Shown in pieces: positions 37,384-51,319 of a DNA stretch of 64,000 nucleotides. Location: positions 48,484,001-48,548,000 of the forward strand of contig OX597831.1 of NCBI GenBank assembly GCA_951406725.2, written 5' to 3'. The translations under genes were made by a program, and so were the position numbers. This DNA comes from Octopus vulgaris (Eukaryota). Numbering within the stretch: the stretch's first letter is position 1; every line of letters begins with the position of its first letter. The notes below the pieces were generated by a model. It saw only the letters and a list, made by a program, of their open reading frames with translations. It did no database searches and was not told the DNA's origin.

Positions 37384-37791
37384 GGCGCAGGAGTGGCTGT
37401 GTGGTAAGTAGCTTGCTAACCAACCACATGGTTCTGGGTTCAGTCCCACTGCGTGGCACCTTGGGCAAGTGTCTTCTGCTATAGCCTCGGGCCGACCAAT
37501 GCTTTGTGAGTGGATTTGGTAGACGGAAACTGAAAGAAGCCTGTCGTATATATGTATATATATATGTATGTGTGTGTATGTCTGTGTGTCTGTGTTTGTC
37601 CCCCTAGCGTTGCTTGACAACCGATGCTGGTGTGTTTACGTCCCCGTCACTTAGCGGTTCGGCAAAAAGAGACCGACAGAATAAGTACTGGGCTTACAAA
37701 GAATAAGTCCCGGGGTCGATTTGCTCGACTAAAGGCGGTGCTCCAGCATGGCCGCAGTCAAATGACTGAAACAATTACAAGAGTTAAAAGA
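37384..37791 (+). mobile_element. Full-length family-1 SINE with target-site duplication
   Basis: GGCGCAGGAGTGGCTGTGTGG head; GTTATACCA at 37371-37379 and 37792-37800. Confidence 0.92.
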
Positions 37792-38140
37792 GTTATACCA
37801 TAATGATTGGTATACTTGGTTTTGTGAGTAAATGCCTAACTGACAGTCTGGATAAGCTGAGGTTTTCACAATAAGAAACCAACCACCTAACATGCACATT
37901 ATGTATACAATCTCTAAGTGGAACAGTAAAAATACGCAAAACTTTTCTCAAGTTTAAAATGTGACATTGTTTTTGTATCTACATTCTAATGATGGAGCTT
38001 TGTATCTTCGTTGGAAACCAGCTCCTTCTGCAGAGGAAGAATTTAAATAATTTAAAAGAGAAGATACATATATATCTGTGTGTGTGTGTGTGTGTGTATG
38101 TGTATAGGAGCAGGCATAGCCGTATAGGAAGAAGTTTGCA

Positions 38141-38376
38141 AGGCGGCGAGCTGCCAGAAAAGTTAGCACACCAGCAGAAATGTAAGCTTAGCGGTATTTC
38201 ATCTGCCGTTACGTTCTGAGTTCAAATTCCGCCGAGGTCAACTTTGCCTTTCATCTTTTCGGGGTCGATAAATTAAGTACCAGTTACGCACTGGGGTCGA
38301 TGTAATCGACTTAATCCTTTTGTCTGTCCTTGTTTGTCCTCTTTATGTTTAGCCCCTTGTGGGCAATAAAGAAATT
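38141..38376 (+). mobile_element. Family-3 (Nin-like) SINE nested in a family-1 SINE (38106-38895)
   Basis: 10-bp TSD AGAAGTTTGC at 38130-38139 and 38377-38386 splits the family-1 tRNA head. Confidence 0.9.
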
Positions 38377-38553
38377 AGAAGTTTGCTTCCCAACCACATG
38401 GTTCCAGGTTCAGTCCCACTGTGTGGCATTTTGGGCAAGAGTTTTCTTCTGTAAACCTGGACAGACCAAAGCCTTGTGGGTGGATTAGGTAGATGGAAAC
38501 AAGAAAAAGCCTGTCAAACATATATATATTTATATATATATATATATATATAT

Positions 38554-38603
<50 letters not shown>

Positions 38604-39219
38604 CAATAGATAGATATACACACACACATATATAAATATATATATATATATACACATATATATATGCATGCATCTATGTGTGTACTTCTTTGAGTTAGTG
38701 CTTGTACTTCATTACTACTTGACAATGGATGTTGCTTGATTTACATTCCTGTAACTTAGCAGTTCAGCGAAATAGACCGATAGAACAAGTTCCAGGCTTC
38801 AAAAAATAAGTACTGGAGTAGATTTGTTTGACAAAACCCTTCAAAGCAGTGCACCAGCATGGCCGCAGTTCAGTGACTGAAATAAGTAAAAGATAAAAGT
38901 TGCTTGTGAGTGTGCGTGTGTATGTGTTTAGATATATATATATACACACTCACACACACGCTCACACACACACACCACACACAAACACACACATGTATAC
39001 ACATAAATACATATATATACATATATATATATTTACATAAATATGTGTGTGTATATATATGTGCGTGTGTGTGTGCATGTATGTAAATATATATGTATAC
39101 ATATGTATATATATATGTATGTATATATATATATATATGTGTGTGTGTCTGTGTGTGTGTATTTATATATATAAATGCATATATAATATATATGTATGCA
39201 TTTATATATGTATATGTGT

Positions 39220-39259
<40 letters not shown>

Positions 39260-40149
39260 ACGTGTGTGTGTGTAAAAACACAGATAATTGTGAGGGTCAC
39301 ATCGCTATAAATTGCAATTAAGTGAAAAAACGCTATTATACTCCGTTAGATAAAAAGAGATGGCGTATATTCAAAGCTGAGTTTAATAGAGATATCACTT
39401 AGTTTAAATTCTTTTACCTTCTTTGAACTCGAGCCACTATACTGCTATTAACTCTGCTAATATATATATATATCACTGATATCCAAATTATAAAACTTAT
39501 CTGATAATCTCATTAGATTATCTGACTACCTGGTGAGCCTCACCTTTCAAGCTGTCAGGTCAAATGTAAGGTCTTTCATGAATGCTACTGGTAACATGAA
39601 ATCCAGTACAACCTGTTGCATGGCTGGGTCATCAGTGACTAAACTAGGCTTGTCTGGTGAGGTGGGTCGCCAGAAACCCAGCAAGACTAAAAACAAAACC
39701 TATCAAATGGATGGATGAATCTAGTTTAGGTTCAACAACTATCTAGCAATAACATGGGCCCTCAGAAATTCTGGGTTTGTCTGGCATGCTGGAAGACAAC
39801 TGGAAGTGAGGCATCTTTGAGCTTTTTTTTAAACATGCCTCTAGAACCCGTTTCAAACCTAGGCTACATTTGCTCTGATAATCAGCAGTGATTTGGTCAG
39901 TGAATCTACTGTGACTGCCAACAATCAACAGAGCGTGTATGTATGTGACCAGGAACTACATGTGAATTTGTAGTCCCACTGAAAGTCTGAACATGTCACC
40001 ATAAGTACAATTTAGTAAGTTCACATAGCTTCCAACCTTTGCTGGTATCATTTGGTGTTCTGGTTCTACAGTGAGATTGAGATCCATGCAGTGAGACAAT
40101 GTAGTGAATTTTATTTGTTTTTGTGTTCTTGGTTTGAAAGAATAGGGTA

Positions 40150-40380
40150 GAGAGCATAGCCATTTCAGGCCATTTTGGGGCAGTGGGTATAGCCTTTTCC
40201 AAGCCTTTTTGGGGTAGTGTGCATAGCTTTTCCAAGCCTTCATTGAGAAGTGTGTATAGCCCTTTCAAGCCTTCTGGGGTAATGTGCATAGCCTTTTTAG
40301 GCCCCCTTGTGATAGTGTGCCTAGCTTCTTCAGGCCTTCTTGGAGCAATGTGCATAGCTTTTTTAGGCCTTCTTCAGGTA
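40150..40380. repeat. ~31-bp degenerate minisatellite
   Basis: Units approximating GTGCATAGCCTTTTCAAGCCTTCTGGGGTAAT, about 7 copies. Confidence 0.85.
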
Positions 40381-40436
40381 GCTTATCAGTTTGGTAAATG
40401 AGACCAATAGAATTTATATCAGACATAAAAATACAC

Positions 40437-40640
40437 AACGGGGTACTGAAAAGTTTCTGGTTTTATGAGTGTCATGAAAGTCCTGGTTGGAGGCCCAGTC
40501 TTCTGAGTTCTTTTACAGGGCTTAGAAAAACTGAAGGACTGCTGCAATAAGTGTGTGAAACTGAAAGGGGAATATGTTTAATAAAATCATAATTAACTGA
40601 TCCTCTTGTATTTTCTTTTACCCTAAGCCAAGAACCTTTA
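40437..40640 (+). mobile_element. Mariner-derived MITE (other copies 53454-53675 and 63425-63638)
   Basis: Encodes mariner C-terminal GLEKLKDCCNKCVKLKGEYV*; sister copies have TACGAGG..GAAAAGTTCCTGGCTT / AAGCCAAGAACTTT..CCTCATA TIRs. Confidence 0.8.
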
Positions 40641-41842
40641 AAAAAAATCTTGTGTATACTGATAGTGGTGGGGGAGGGGTCTATTTGTTTGACTAAACTC
40701 TTCAAGGTAGTACCCCTGCATGGCCAGATGCCAATGACCGGAACAAGTAAAAGAAAGATATTAGTGTTAGAAACCAGTAGAGAAAAGATTGAAGAGATAG
40801 CATGACTGGATCAGAAGCTGGAACTGGTCTGTCAGTGACTTTATATCAATCAGTCGGGTGGCCTTTTCTATATGCAGTAGTTCACCATTTCCATTAAATC
40901 CAAATCTAACATGTGCTACCTTCTTTACATATTTTCTTTCTCTCATCTTCGTAACAGAATCTGTTAGTTTGAATCACTTCTAATTCTGTTCCCGTAAACA
41001 TGTGTTATCTTTATGATAAGTGACAATCTGACACTGATTCTTGTGGCATTTTAGATAATAACTTGCTTACAGAATCTGATAAACTTATGTGACTGATGTA
41101 ACATTCTTCAATGATATCAACTCATGAACAAACAAGGGAAGTTCTATACAATCACTTGATATTCTAGAAATAATAGCCAAGTCTCTTTCATATCACATTG
41201 TTATATCTTATGATGAAAAAAAACAAGACATGTAGTCAGTGCTAAATATGCAAATGGATGGGAAGATTAGGTTAGAATGCCTTACCATCATACAGTATTT
41301 TATGGTAAAGAAAAGAAAAATAAATCTTGAAAAATCATATCAAGTCCTATATTGGAAGTTGGGTCTCCTTTAGCATTCACATTATGCTGTCAATTGTAAT
41401 GCTGTTTGATTCACATTGTTTTGAATTAACCATGCATTATCTTGTAGCTATGAGATTTTGATGACATAACTGTTAATATTTAGAATGACATTAAAGTGTA
41501 GGTGTGAGAGGCCAGATGTGACCACTTAGTGCATAAAACAGGTAGAATTCTTTGGTTGGATATGGTCAGTTTAAAAGCAAAGGATTGATGTACTGAAAAC
41601 TTTCTTGTTGAAATTGGGGTGCATCTAATGTGTTTGGGTATCTTTTATGTCACTAGTTATAATATTTATTTAGAACTGAACTTGAATTAAACAACAAAAA
41701 GTACATCAAAATCAACATCGATCCATAATGCTTAATGGGTGTTACACAATTTCCTGTGTAACACACATTTGTCTATATTTATTTCCTTCGCTCACTGAAA
41801 CATTTTCCATCTGATTTCTTCAGCTCTGTTTACACTGCCATA

Positions 41843-42190
41843 TCATCATCATCATCATCATCATCGTTTAACGTCCACTTTCCATGCTAGCATGGGTTGG
41901 ACGGTTCAACTGGGGTCTGGGGAGCCCGAAGGCTGCACCAGGCCAGTCAGATTTGGCAGTGTTTCTACAGCTGGATGCCCTTCCTAACGCCAACCACTCC
42001 GAGAGTGTAGTGGGTGGTTTTATGTGCCACCGACACAGGTGCCAGACGAGGCTGGCGAACAGCCACGCTTGGATGGTGTTTTTTATGTGCCACCGACACA
42101 GGTGCCAGACGAGGCTGGCAGACGGCCATGCTCGGATGGTGTTTTTTATGTGCCACCGACATAGGTGCCAGACGAGGCTGGCGAACGGCC
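41843..42190 (-). mobile_element. Short RTE-tail element with three ~63-bp tandem units
   Basis: TTTTATGTGCCACCGACACAGGTGCCAGACGAGGCTGGC x3; (CAT)n tail. Confidence 0.88.
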
Positions 42191-42258
42191 TTTCTATTTA
42201 GTTATATATCCCCCTTTCTATATCCCCCTTTCTATATTCCCCTTTCTATTTAGTTATC

Positions 42259-42289
<31 letters not shown>

Positions 42290-42299
42290 CTGTCTGTCA

Positions 42300-42352
<53 letters not shown>

Positions 42353-42784
42353 TCTATCTGTCTATCTATCCTTGTTTTCTTTTCCTCTCCCCCCTCTCTG
42401 GTTTTTCAATCCTTTTTCACACTTAGTTACTCTTTCGTGTTTTGTGTGCATGTATGTGTGTGTGTGCATGTGTGTGCATGTGTGTGCATGCATGCACATG
42501 TGTATGTTCATAGGTATGTAAGTAAGTATGTATGTATGCATAAATCCATGTATATATGTATGTGCGTGTATGTATGTATATGTGTATATATGTATGTATA
42601 TACACACACATACATAACATATTCTTTATCATATTATCTACTCCTCTCCTACAGAAGAAATACGAAAATAGATAAATGGTTATCTATTTTTTATGTACAA
42701 TTATTTATCAATTATTTATGTACACAACTAAGTTTGGTAAATTCAATTCTGGTGTAGGATTCTCAGGATCATCATCATTAGTAG

Positions 42785-43478
<694 letters not shown>

Positions 43479-43495
43479 CATTATTATTATTATTA

Positions 43496-43862
43496 TTACC
43501 TCTGCCTTAGTGATGGCAGAGGTATTGTTTTCAGTCGTGTTTGTTTGCCTGCCTGTGGACAAGATATCTCAGGAACTGCTGGATGGATTCAGATGAAAGT
43601 TTCAGGGATGTTTGGCCTCGTGACTGGCACAAACTGATTAGATCTTGGGATCAATCTGGTACCAGACAAGGATTCTGGATTATTTTTCCGTTTTTTTTTT
43701 TTTTTACTTAATTTTTAAGAGCAGTCGGGTTCATTTTTAGTATTCTCATTTGTGAGAGAAGTCGAGTTTATTTCAGATATTCTCATTTTAAAAACCATCT
43801 CTGGCTAATCATTGAGGACATTGATGTTACCTTGGCGGAGGTTTATGCTTTCTGAGTGCTTT
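43496..43862 (+). mobile_element. Helentron-associated non-autonomous element (HINE/DINE-1-like)
   Basis: TTACCTCTGCC-N8-GGCAGAGGT 5' stem, GTTT/GCCT mini-repeat, 3' subterminal GGCGGAGGT followed by a short imperfect stem and T-run. Confidence 0.75.
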
Positions 43863-43907
43863 TATTATTATTATCATCATTATTTTTATTATTCTTATAA
43901 TTATTAT

Positions 43908-43974
<67 letters not shown>

Positions 43975-44456
43975 GTTATTATTATTATTATTATTGATTG
44001 AGAGAGCAGTGCATGCAATTACAGTGACACTAGGATAAAATATACGAAGCCCAGTATACCCATCATGACTAACCGTCTGATAAGAGTACACCAGGCACAT
44101 GCATCACAACCATTTGTGCACGACATGGTGATCTAATATCAAGATAAACAGCACATGACCTTGCAATTGGGGCCCAGTTAAAATTTTCTTTTGGTTGAGT
44201 AACTCATCCTGCTCAAAGGGTCCCTGAATAAGGGTTGCTTAAGGGTGTTGAATGAAACACCCATATTTCCAGAGATGGATTATTCAAACCCCAAAGAATC
44301 CCTCTCAACACATGGCTATGATGCTCCCGCACTACTTCTGCTCATGATCAGAGATTCACATATCGTCAGCCACTATGGGATATGCTCAACTAGTTAAGGT
44401 CAAACAACTGTCAAGCAAATCAGTGGTATTGAGCAGAATATTTGCTGTAGCCCATC

Positions 44457-44492
<36 letters not shown>

Positions 44493-44512
44493 CATCATCA
44501 TCATCATCATCA

Positions 44513-44566
<54 letters not shown>

Positions 44567-44567
<1 letters not shown>

Positions 44568-44867
44568 GTTCTTTCCTTTTTTCTTCAAATTTTCTTCCAT
44601 TTCTCGCTGAATGTTTTCCATTCACCTAGGGCAGAGAAGCTCATTGTATGCATTCCCAGATTACACATGCAAATTCACAGATAAAATATTTATTTAAAAA
44701 TTAATATATAAATAAATTCATGGATGGATGTTGTTTTCACAGCGATAATGCTCTTCTCAGTGCATGAGCCGTTCCAGTTAATACGATTTTTTTGCACTTC
44801 TTGTAGGGATGGTAAGCCTGGAATCATTTTCAAATAGGTTTCAGTACCTTTTTTATCATTCCTAGAG

Positions 44868-44868
<1 letters not shown>
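44567..44868 (-). mobile_element. 3' end of an R4/Dong-like RLE LINE in (TAA)n
   Basis: Minus-strand peptide (with frameshifts in A-runs) SLGMIKKGTETYLKMIPGLPSLQEVQKIVLTGTAHALRRALSL*, matching the R4-clade C-terminal QKxxLxGTAHILRxxL pattern. Confidence 0.8.
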
Positions 44869-44921
<53 letters not shown>

Positions 44922-45401
44922 ATTATTATTATTATTGAGTGAGAGAGCAGTGCATGCCATCAAAGTGACACTGGGGTAAAATATACGAAGCCCAATATAC
45001 CCATCATGACTACCAGTCTGATAAGGGTACACCAGGCACATGCATCACAACCATATGTGCACGACATGGTGATCTCATATCAAGATAAACAGCACATGAC
45101 CTTGCAGGTGGGGCCCAGTTAGAATTTTCTTCAGGTTGAGTAGCCCATCCCGCTCAAAAGGTCCCTGAATAAGGGTTGTTTAAGGATGTTGAAAGAACCA
45201 CCTATGTTTCCAGAGGTGAATTATTCAAACCCCAAAGAATCCCTCTTAACACATGGCTATGATGCTCCCCCACTACTTCTGCTCGTTCGTGATCAGAGAT
45301 GCACATATCGTCAGCCACTAAGGGACATGCTCAACTAGTTAAGGTCAAACAACTGACAAGCAAATCTGTGGTATTGAGCAGAATATTTGCTGTAGCCCAT
45401 C

Positions 45402-45443
<42 letters not shown>

Positions 45444-45451
45444 CATTATTA

Positions 45452-45752
45452 TGTTTTTTCCTCTTTTCTTCAAATTTTCTTCTGTTTCTCGCCGAGTGTT
45501 TTCCATACACCTAGGGCAGAGAAGCTCATTGTATGCATTCCCAGATTACACACGCAAATTCACAGATAAAATATGTATTTAAAAATTAATAAATAAATAA
45601 ATTCATGGATGGATATTGTTTTCACAGCGATAATGCTCTTCTCATTACATGAGCCGTTCCAATTAATACGATTTTTTGCACTTCCTGTAGGGATGGTAAG
45701 CCTGGAATCATTTTCAAATAGGTTTCAGTACCTTTTTTATCATTCCTAGAGA
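45452..45752 (-). mobile_element. Second copy of the R4/Dong-like LINE 3' end
   Basis: Same boundaries and near-identical sequence to 44567-44868. Confidence 0.8.
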
Positions 45753-46771
45753 TTATTATTATTATTATTATTATTATTGAATGAGAGAGCAGTGCATGCC
45801 ATCAAAGTGACACTGGGGTAAAATATACGAAGCCCAATATACCCATCATGACTACCAGTCTGATAAGGGTACACCAGGCACATGCATCACAACCATATGT
45901 GCGCGACATGGTGATCTCATATCAAGATAAACAGCACATGACCTTGCAGGTGGGGCCCAGTTAGAATTTTCTTCAGGTTGAGTAGCCCATCCCGCTCAAA
46001 AGGTCCCTGAATAAGGGTTGTTTAAGGATGTTGAAAGAACCACCCATGTTTCCGGAGGTGAATTATTCAAACCCCAAAGAATCCCTCTCAACACATGGCT
46101 ATGATGCTCCCCCACTACTTCTGCTCGTGATCAGAGATGCACATATCGTCAGCCACTAAGGGACATGCTCAACTGGTTAAGGTCAAACAACTGACAAGCA
46201 AATCTGTTTATTATTATTATTATTATTATTATTATTGAGTGATAGAGCAGTTCATGCCATCAAAGTGACACTGGGGCAAAATATACGAAGCCCAATATAC
46301 CCATCATGACTACCCGTCTGATAAGGGTACACCAGGCACATGCATCACAACCATATATGCGCGACATGGTGATCTCATATCAAGATAAACAGCACATGAC
46401 CTTGCAGGTGGGGCCCAGTTAGAATTTTCTTCAGGTTGAGTAGCCCATCCCGCTCAAAAGGTCCCTGAATAAGGGTTGTTTAAGGATGTTGAAAGAACCA
46501 CCCATGTTTCCAGAGGTGAATTATTCAAACCCCAAAGAATCCCTCTCAACACATGGCTATGATGCTCCCCCACTACTTCTGCTCGTGATCAGAGATGCAC
46601 ATATCGTCAGCCACTAAGGGACATGCTCAACTGGTTATGGTCAAACAACTGACAAGCAAATCTGTGGTATTGAGCAGAATATTTGCTGTAGCCCATCTTT
46701 TATACCAAAACAAAACAATGTACATGATAACACTTCCAATCAGTTAAGATCAGAAGCCATGAGAGCCACTG

Positions 46772-46854
46772 CCTGGTACTGCATCAGGGCATTTAGGTAC
46801 TGCATCAGGGCATCCTGGTACTGCATCAGGGCATCCTGGTACTGCATCAGGGCA

Positions 46855-46855
<1 letters not shown>
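46772..46855. repeat. Four tandem copies of the 21-nt terminus of the 540-bp element
   Basis: CCTGGTACTGCATCAGGGCAT x4 (second copy slightly altered). Confidence 0.95.
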
Positions 46856-46911
<56 letters not shown>

Positions 46912-47559
46912 TAGTTTGCAGCACTATCAGACATTGATTATATATAGATTATATATAATCTTTATATATAGATATGTAGTTAAACTTCCTTTCAACCAAG
47001 CTCTAACTTACATTTACAGAAATCCCCACCACTACAAAAAAAAATCACCTTTTCAAAGCACTTTCAATAAACATATTTATATGATTTGATACGATCTAGT
47101 TTCAGCTCATGAGCCGTGGTCATACTGGGGCACCACTATTTGTATATGTGTATGCATGTATGTGTGTGAGCATGTGTGTATGTGTGTATGAATGTATGCA
47201 TGTGTGTATGAACATATTTATATGTTTACATATTTAGATATAATCATATATTTTTGTATAGTTGTATTATCTGTGTTTTTTAGCTATTTCCTTCATTCTA
47301 CCTGTCTTTATATATTTATGTTTCTACATTTATTTATATTTTTTTCATTTTGGCTCTAATTTATGTGATTTTTTTGTGTCATTATTCTTTTTGAGATTTT
47401 ATTAATGTATTATTGTTTTGTTTTTTTTTGCCAGGTATTTTTGTTTTTAGTTGTTGTCTCTTGTTACTTGTTCTTCATTTCTCCAATTCCGTTATTTTGT
47501 TTCACTAGTTTTTCTTTCTATTTATATATAGATTGTTTCTTTTCTGAAAGTTCTATGCA

Positions 47560-48280
47560 AGCACACATTTACACACACACACACATGCACATACACACAC
47601 AAACACATTCACACATATACATACATACATAAATATATATACATACATATATACATGTATATACATTCATATATATATACACACATACATACATACATAC
47701 ATATATACATACATACACACACACAAACACACATACATATACATTATGCATACATTCATACACACATACACAAGCGCATAGATACATGCACACACATAAT
47801 ACATACATAAACACATACATATATACACACGCATACATACACACATGCACTCAGACACACATACATACACTTATACATGCACAAACACACATACATACAC
47901 TTATACATGCACAAACACACCTATATACACATATGCATACATTCATACACATATACACACAGACATACATATATACGCACATACGCATACATATATATAT
48001 ATGTGCACACACATACATATATACATACACGCATGCATACATTCATACACACATACACACGTACGTACATGCAGCTATGCATACACACATACATAGACAC
48101 ACACACATACATACACACATGCACACAAACATACATGCACACGCAGATACATACATATACATAACAAACACATGGACACAGACACCACACACACAGCTCA
48201 CATACACAAACACACCAATCACTTACACATCATACGTACACAGACAAATAAACTCCCACACACATATACACAAAGATGTA
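47560..48280. repeat. Long degenerate (CA/TA)n tract
   Basis: Seen directly. Confidence 0.95.
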
Positions 48281-48469
48281 TATATTCACAAAGTTGTGGG
48301 CGCCGCCAACCCACACACTGCATGACCTACCTCGTACGATAAACCAATATATTGCACCTATTCCCAAAGCTTCTAATTAACGTCATTATTTTATTTTCAT
48401 CATTTTTTTATTCACCCACACATCTAAATATACATACATGCAAATACATACAAATTATGAAGATGATAC

Positions 48470-48500
<31 letters not shown>

Positions 48501-48559
48501 TATATAAATATGCATGTGTGTGTATGCATGAATATTTAAAAAAACAATATAAATGTATA

Positions 48560-48752
48560 TTCTTTTATTCTTTTACTAGTTTTAGTCGTTTTACTAGATT
48601 CAGTCGAGTAAATTGATTTCAGGACTTATTCGTTGTAAGCCTAGTACTTATTCTGTCGGCTAAATTATGGGGACATAAACACACCAACATCGGTTGTCAA
48701 GCAATATTGAAGGGAACAAACACAGACACACAAACATATACACACACGTGCC

Positions 48753-48783
<31 letters not shown>

Positions 48784-48943
48784 AATGGGCTTCTTTCAGT
48801 TTCTGTCAACAAAATTCACTCACAAGGCTTTGGTCAGCCTAAGGCTCTAGTAGAAGACACTTGCCCAAGGTGCCACATGGTGGAACTGAACACAGAACCA
48901 TGTGATTGGTAAGCAAGCTACTTACCACACAACCACTCCTGCA

Positions 48944-48945
<2 letters not shown>
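48560..48945 (-). mobile_element. Family-1 SINE
   Basis: Colinear with 28468-28880, more diverged. Confidence 0.85.
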
Positions 48946-48979
<34 letters not shown>

Positions 48980-49193
48980 TGCATTCTTACATATATATAT
49001 ATATATATACACCACATAAAAGTGCCCAGGTGGTGCTGCACAAAAGCACCCACCACAGTTTGTGAGGTTGATGGCATTAGGAAGGGCATCCAGCCATAGA
49101 AACTGTAACAAATCAGACTGGAGTTTGGTTCAGCTCCCCAGTTTGCCAGCAATGATCAAACTGTCCAACCCATGCCAGCATGGACAATGGACG

Positions 49194-49224
<31 letters not shown>

Positions 49225-49439
49225 TCTATATACATATATATATTTGCTGTAAGTAGCTTGCTTACCAACTACATGGTTCTGGGTTCAGTTCCACTGTGTC
49301 ACCTTGGGTAAGTGTCTTCTACTATAGCCTCAGACTGACCAAAGCCTTGTCAGTAGATTTGGTAGATGGAGACTGAAAGAAGCCCATCATATATATATGC
49401 ATATGTTGTGTGTCTGTGTTTGTCCCCTCCGCCAACTAA

Positions 49440-50811
49440 CAATTTTATAAAAAGATTAGTTGATAATAAAGTTTTTGTTCCATAACTAACTTAATTATTT
49501 CTTTAACCGACATTATACATCAGTCTTTTATAGATATTTTCGTGACAAGTAAATATAATTTTTAGTATAACATTTTGAATTATTAAATTTGTTCTAATAA
49601 ATTATCTTACCTATTGATGTAAATAAGCTAAATATACCTTACCATAGTTTTGGTATATAAACCATTTTACCCCTTTTCTATAATGTTCTACAAATTATTA
49701 TATTTTTTATTTTTTGAATTTTTATTTTATTTTAAAACTAGCTCTTATTAATTTATTTATTTATAGGATTACTCTAAGTCATATATCTATAAATTTCATA
49801 TTCAGCTTATATAAAACTATGCTGTAGAAACATTGCCAGATCAAACTGGGCCTGGTGCAGCCTTCTGGCTTCCCAGACCCCAGTTGAACCGTCCAACCCA
49901 TGCTAGCATGGAAAGCGGACGCTAAACGATGATGATGATGATGATGATGATGATGCTGGTATATTCACTATTTAAAATAAAAGAAATATGCTTAGACTAA
50001 AATTGTTAATATTTGATATATAAATTTTAAGATATCCATTTACCTTAATTTTCTTTTATTAATACCAATAAATACCATTTAATCAATAATTATACATATA
50101 TGTTAAGTTAGTATTTAAATATATAAATATTGAACTATTTCTATATTTTTTGTCCCTCTATTGGGTAAATTTTTTATATATACTGAAAGTATTCAAAAAT
50201 ATTTTTCTTAGTATTCTTTAGATTAACTCGAAAATGTATCTGTGTTTATACAAATAACATTGTTTTTATAGTAGGTAAATATACTGCTACTATATGAAAT
50301 CATTCTCCCTGTCCCATAAGCATTGGTCTACAAAATAGCAGCTAACATCTTGTCTGAAGTATATTCTTAGTGAACCAAAGACTTTGCTTTTCAAAGAAAT
50401 CTTGATTTATGACTTTGCCACTTAAATTGTCTATCGATTTTGCCCTATCCCTAAATGATACTACACTCTGTCTTCTCTCAGATTTGATAAACTAGCCTAT
50501 AAATTAAAACTGACCCAATCCCCCCATAAATAAATCTAATTAACAGAAATAATCAATGATAAGCAGTGTCTTTTTTGAAAAAATCTCAGTTACAACTGTG
50601 ATGTTCGTAAAGCATGTTCTTTGTCTGGTGATTTTGGATAAAATTATACAAATGAGTCCGAGTCCTTCGAATTTTAACTAAATTCGATATTTTTATGCAG
50701 CTGAGGATTGCTCTTCATTTTCAATTGATGCTATTTTTGTATTGTTCAATTAAATGGAGTGGCATGAAATGATCGTACTGCATTACCTCTGGATATCCTT
50801 GTTGGTTATTT

Positions 50812-50812
<1 letters not shown>
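49440..50812 (+). mobile_element. Highly decayed Penelope-like element (thumb, GIY-YIG, pseudo-LTR with hammerhead), interrupted by an RTE-tail element at 49820-49955
   Basis: Ordered frameshifted motifs: W..FTPF..NV..TN (~49650), ISYS (~49795), CPLLGK (~50152), CLL..FDKLA (~50470), NLINRN..MISS (~50533), then hammerhead and (TA)n. Confidence 0.6.
50695..50783 (+). ncRNA. Hammerhead ribozyme motif with extended stem II
   Basis: ATGCAG-CTGAGGA-[~58-nt imperfect hairpin]-GAAA-TGATC-GTA-CTGCAT; perfect 6-bp stem I. Confidence 0.7.
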
Positions 50813-50860
<48 letters not shown>

Positions 50861-51110
50861 TATATATATTTTAAAGTATATGAGAATTACTTAATGCAGT
50901 TTTGAAGTGTTTTAAATTATTTCTTAAAAGAATGTTATGAAATGTTTTATCAGGATGTTACTAACCTTTTTTAAGAAGGAATTTTTTGTAGTGTGTAATG
51001 CTTTCATTTAACCTTTTCAAATATATATAGTGAGAATTTACAAAAAAGACCAAAAGACAAAGATGGATGCGTAAACAACAAATAGATGTATTAGTTTAAC
51101 ACTCAGAAAA

Positions 51111-51177
<67 letters not shown>

Positions 51178-51252
51178 CATATATATACACATATATATAT
51201 ATATGCATGTGCAAATATATATATATACATATATATATACACACATACATAT

Positions 51253-51319
<67 letters not shown>

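Noticed and set aside
40150-40380. CRISPR-like periodicity (also 42018-42190 and 46772-46855)
   Set aside because: Tandem units without unique spacers, eukaryotic context, no cas genes
49440-50290. Possible mitochondrial 16S rRNA NUMT (AT-rich; AACTCG..TGTTTATACAAATAACAT resembles the 16Sar region)
   Set aside because: Similarity is loose, and ordered Penelope peptide motifs plus the downstream hammerhead explain the region better
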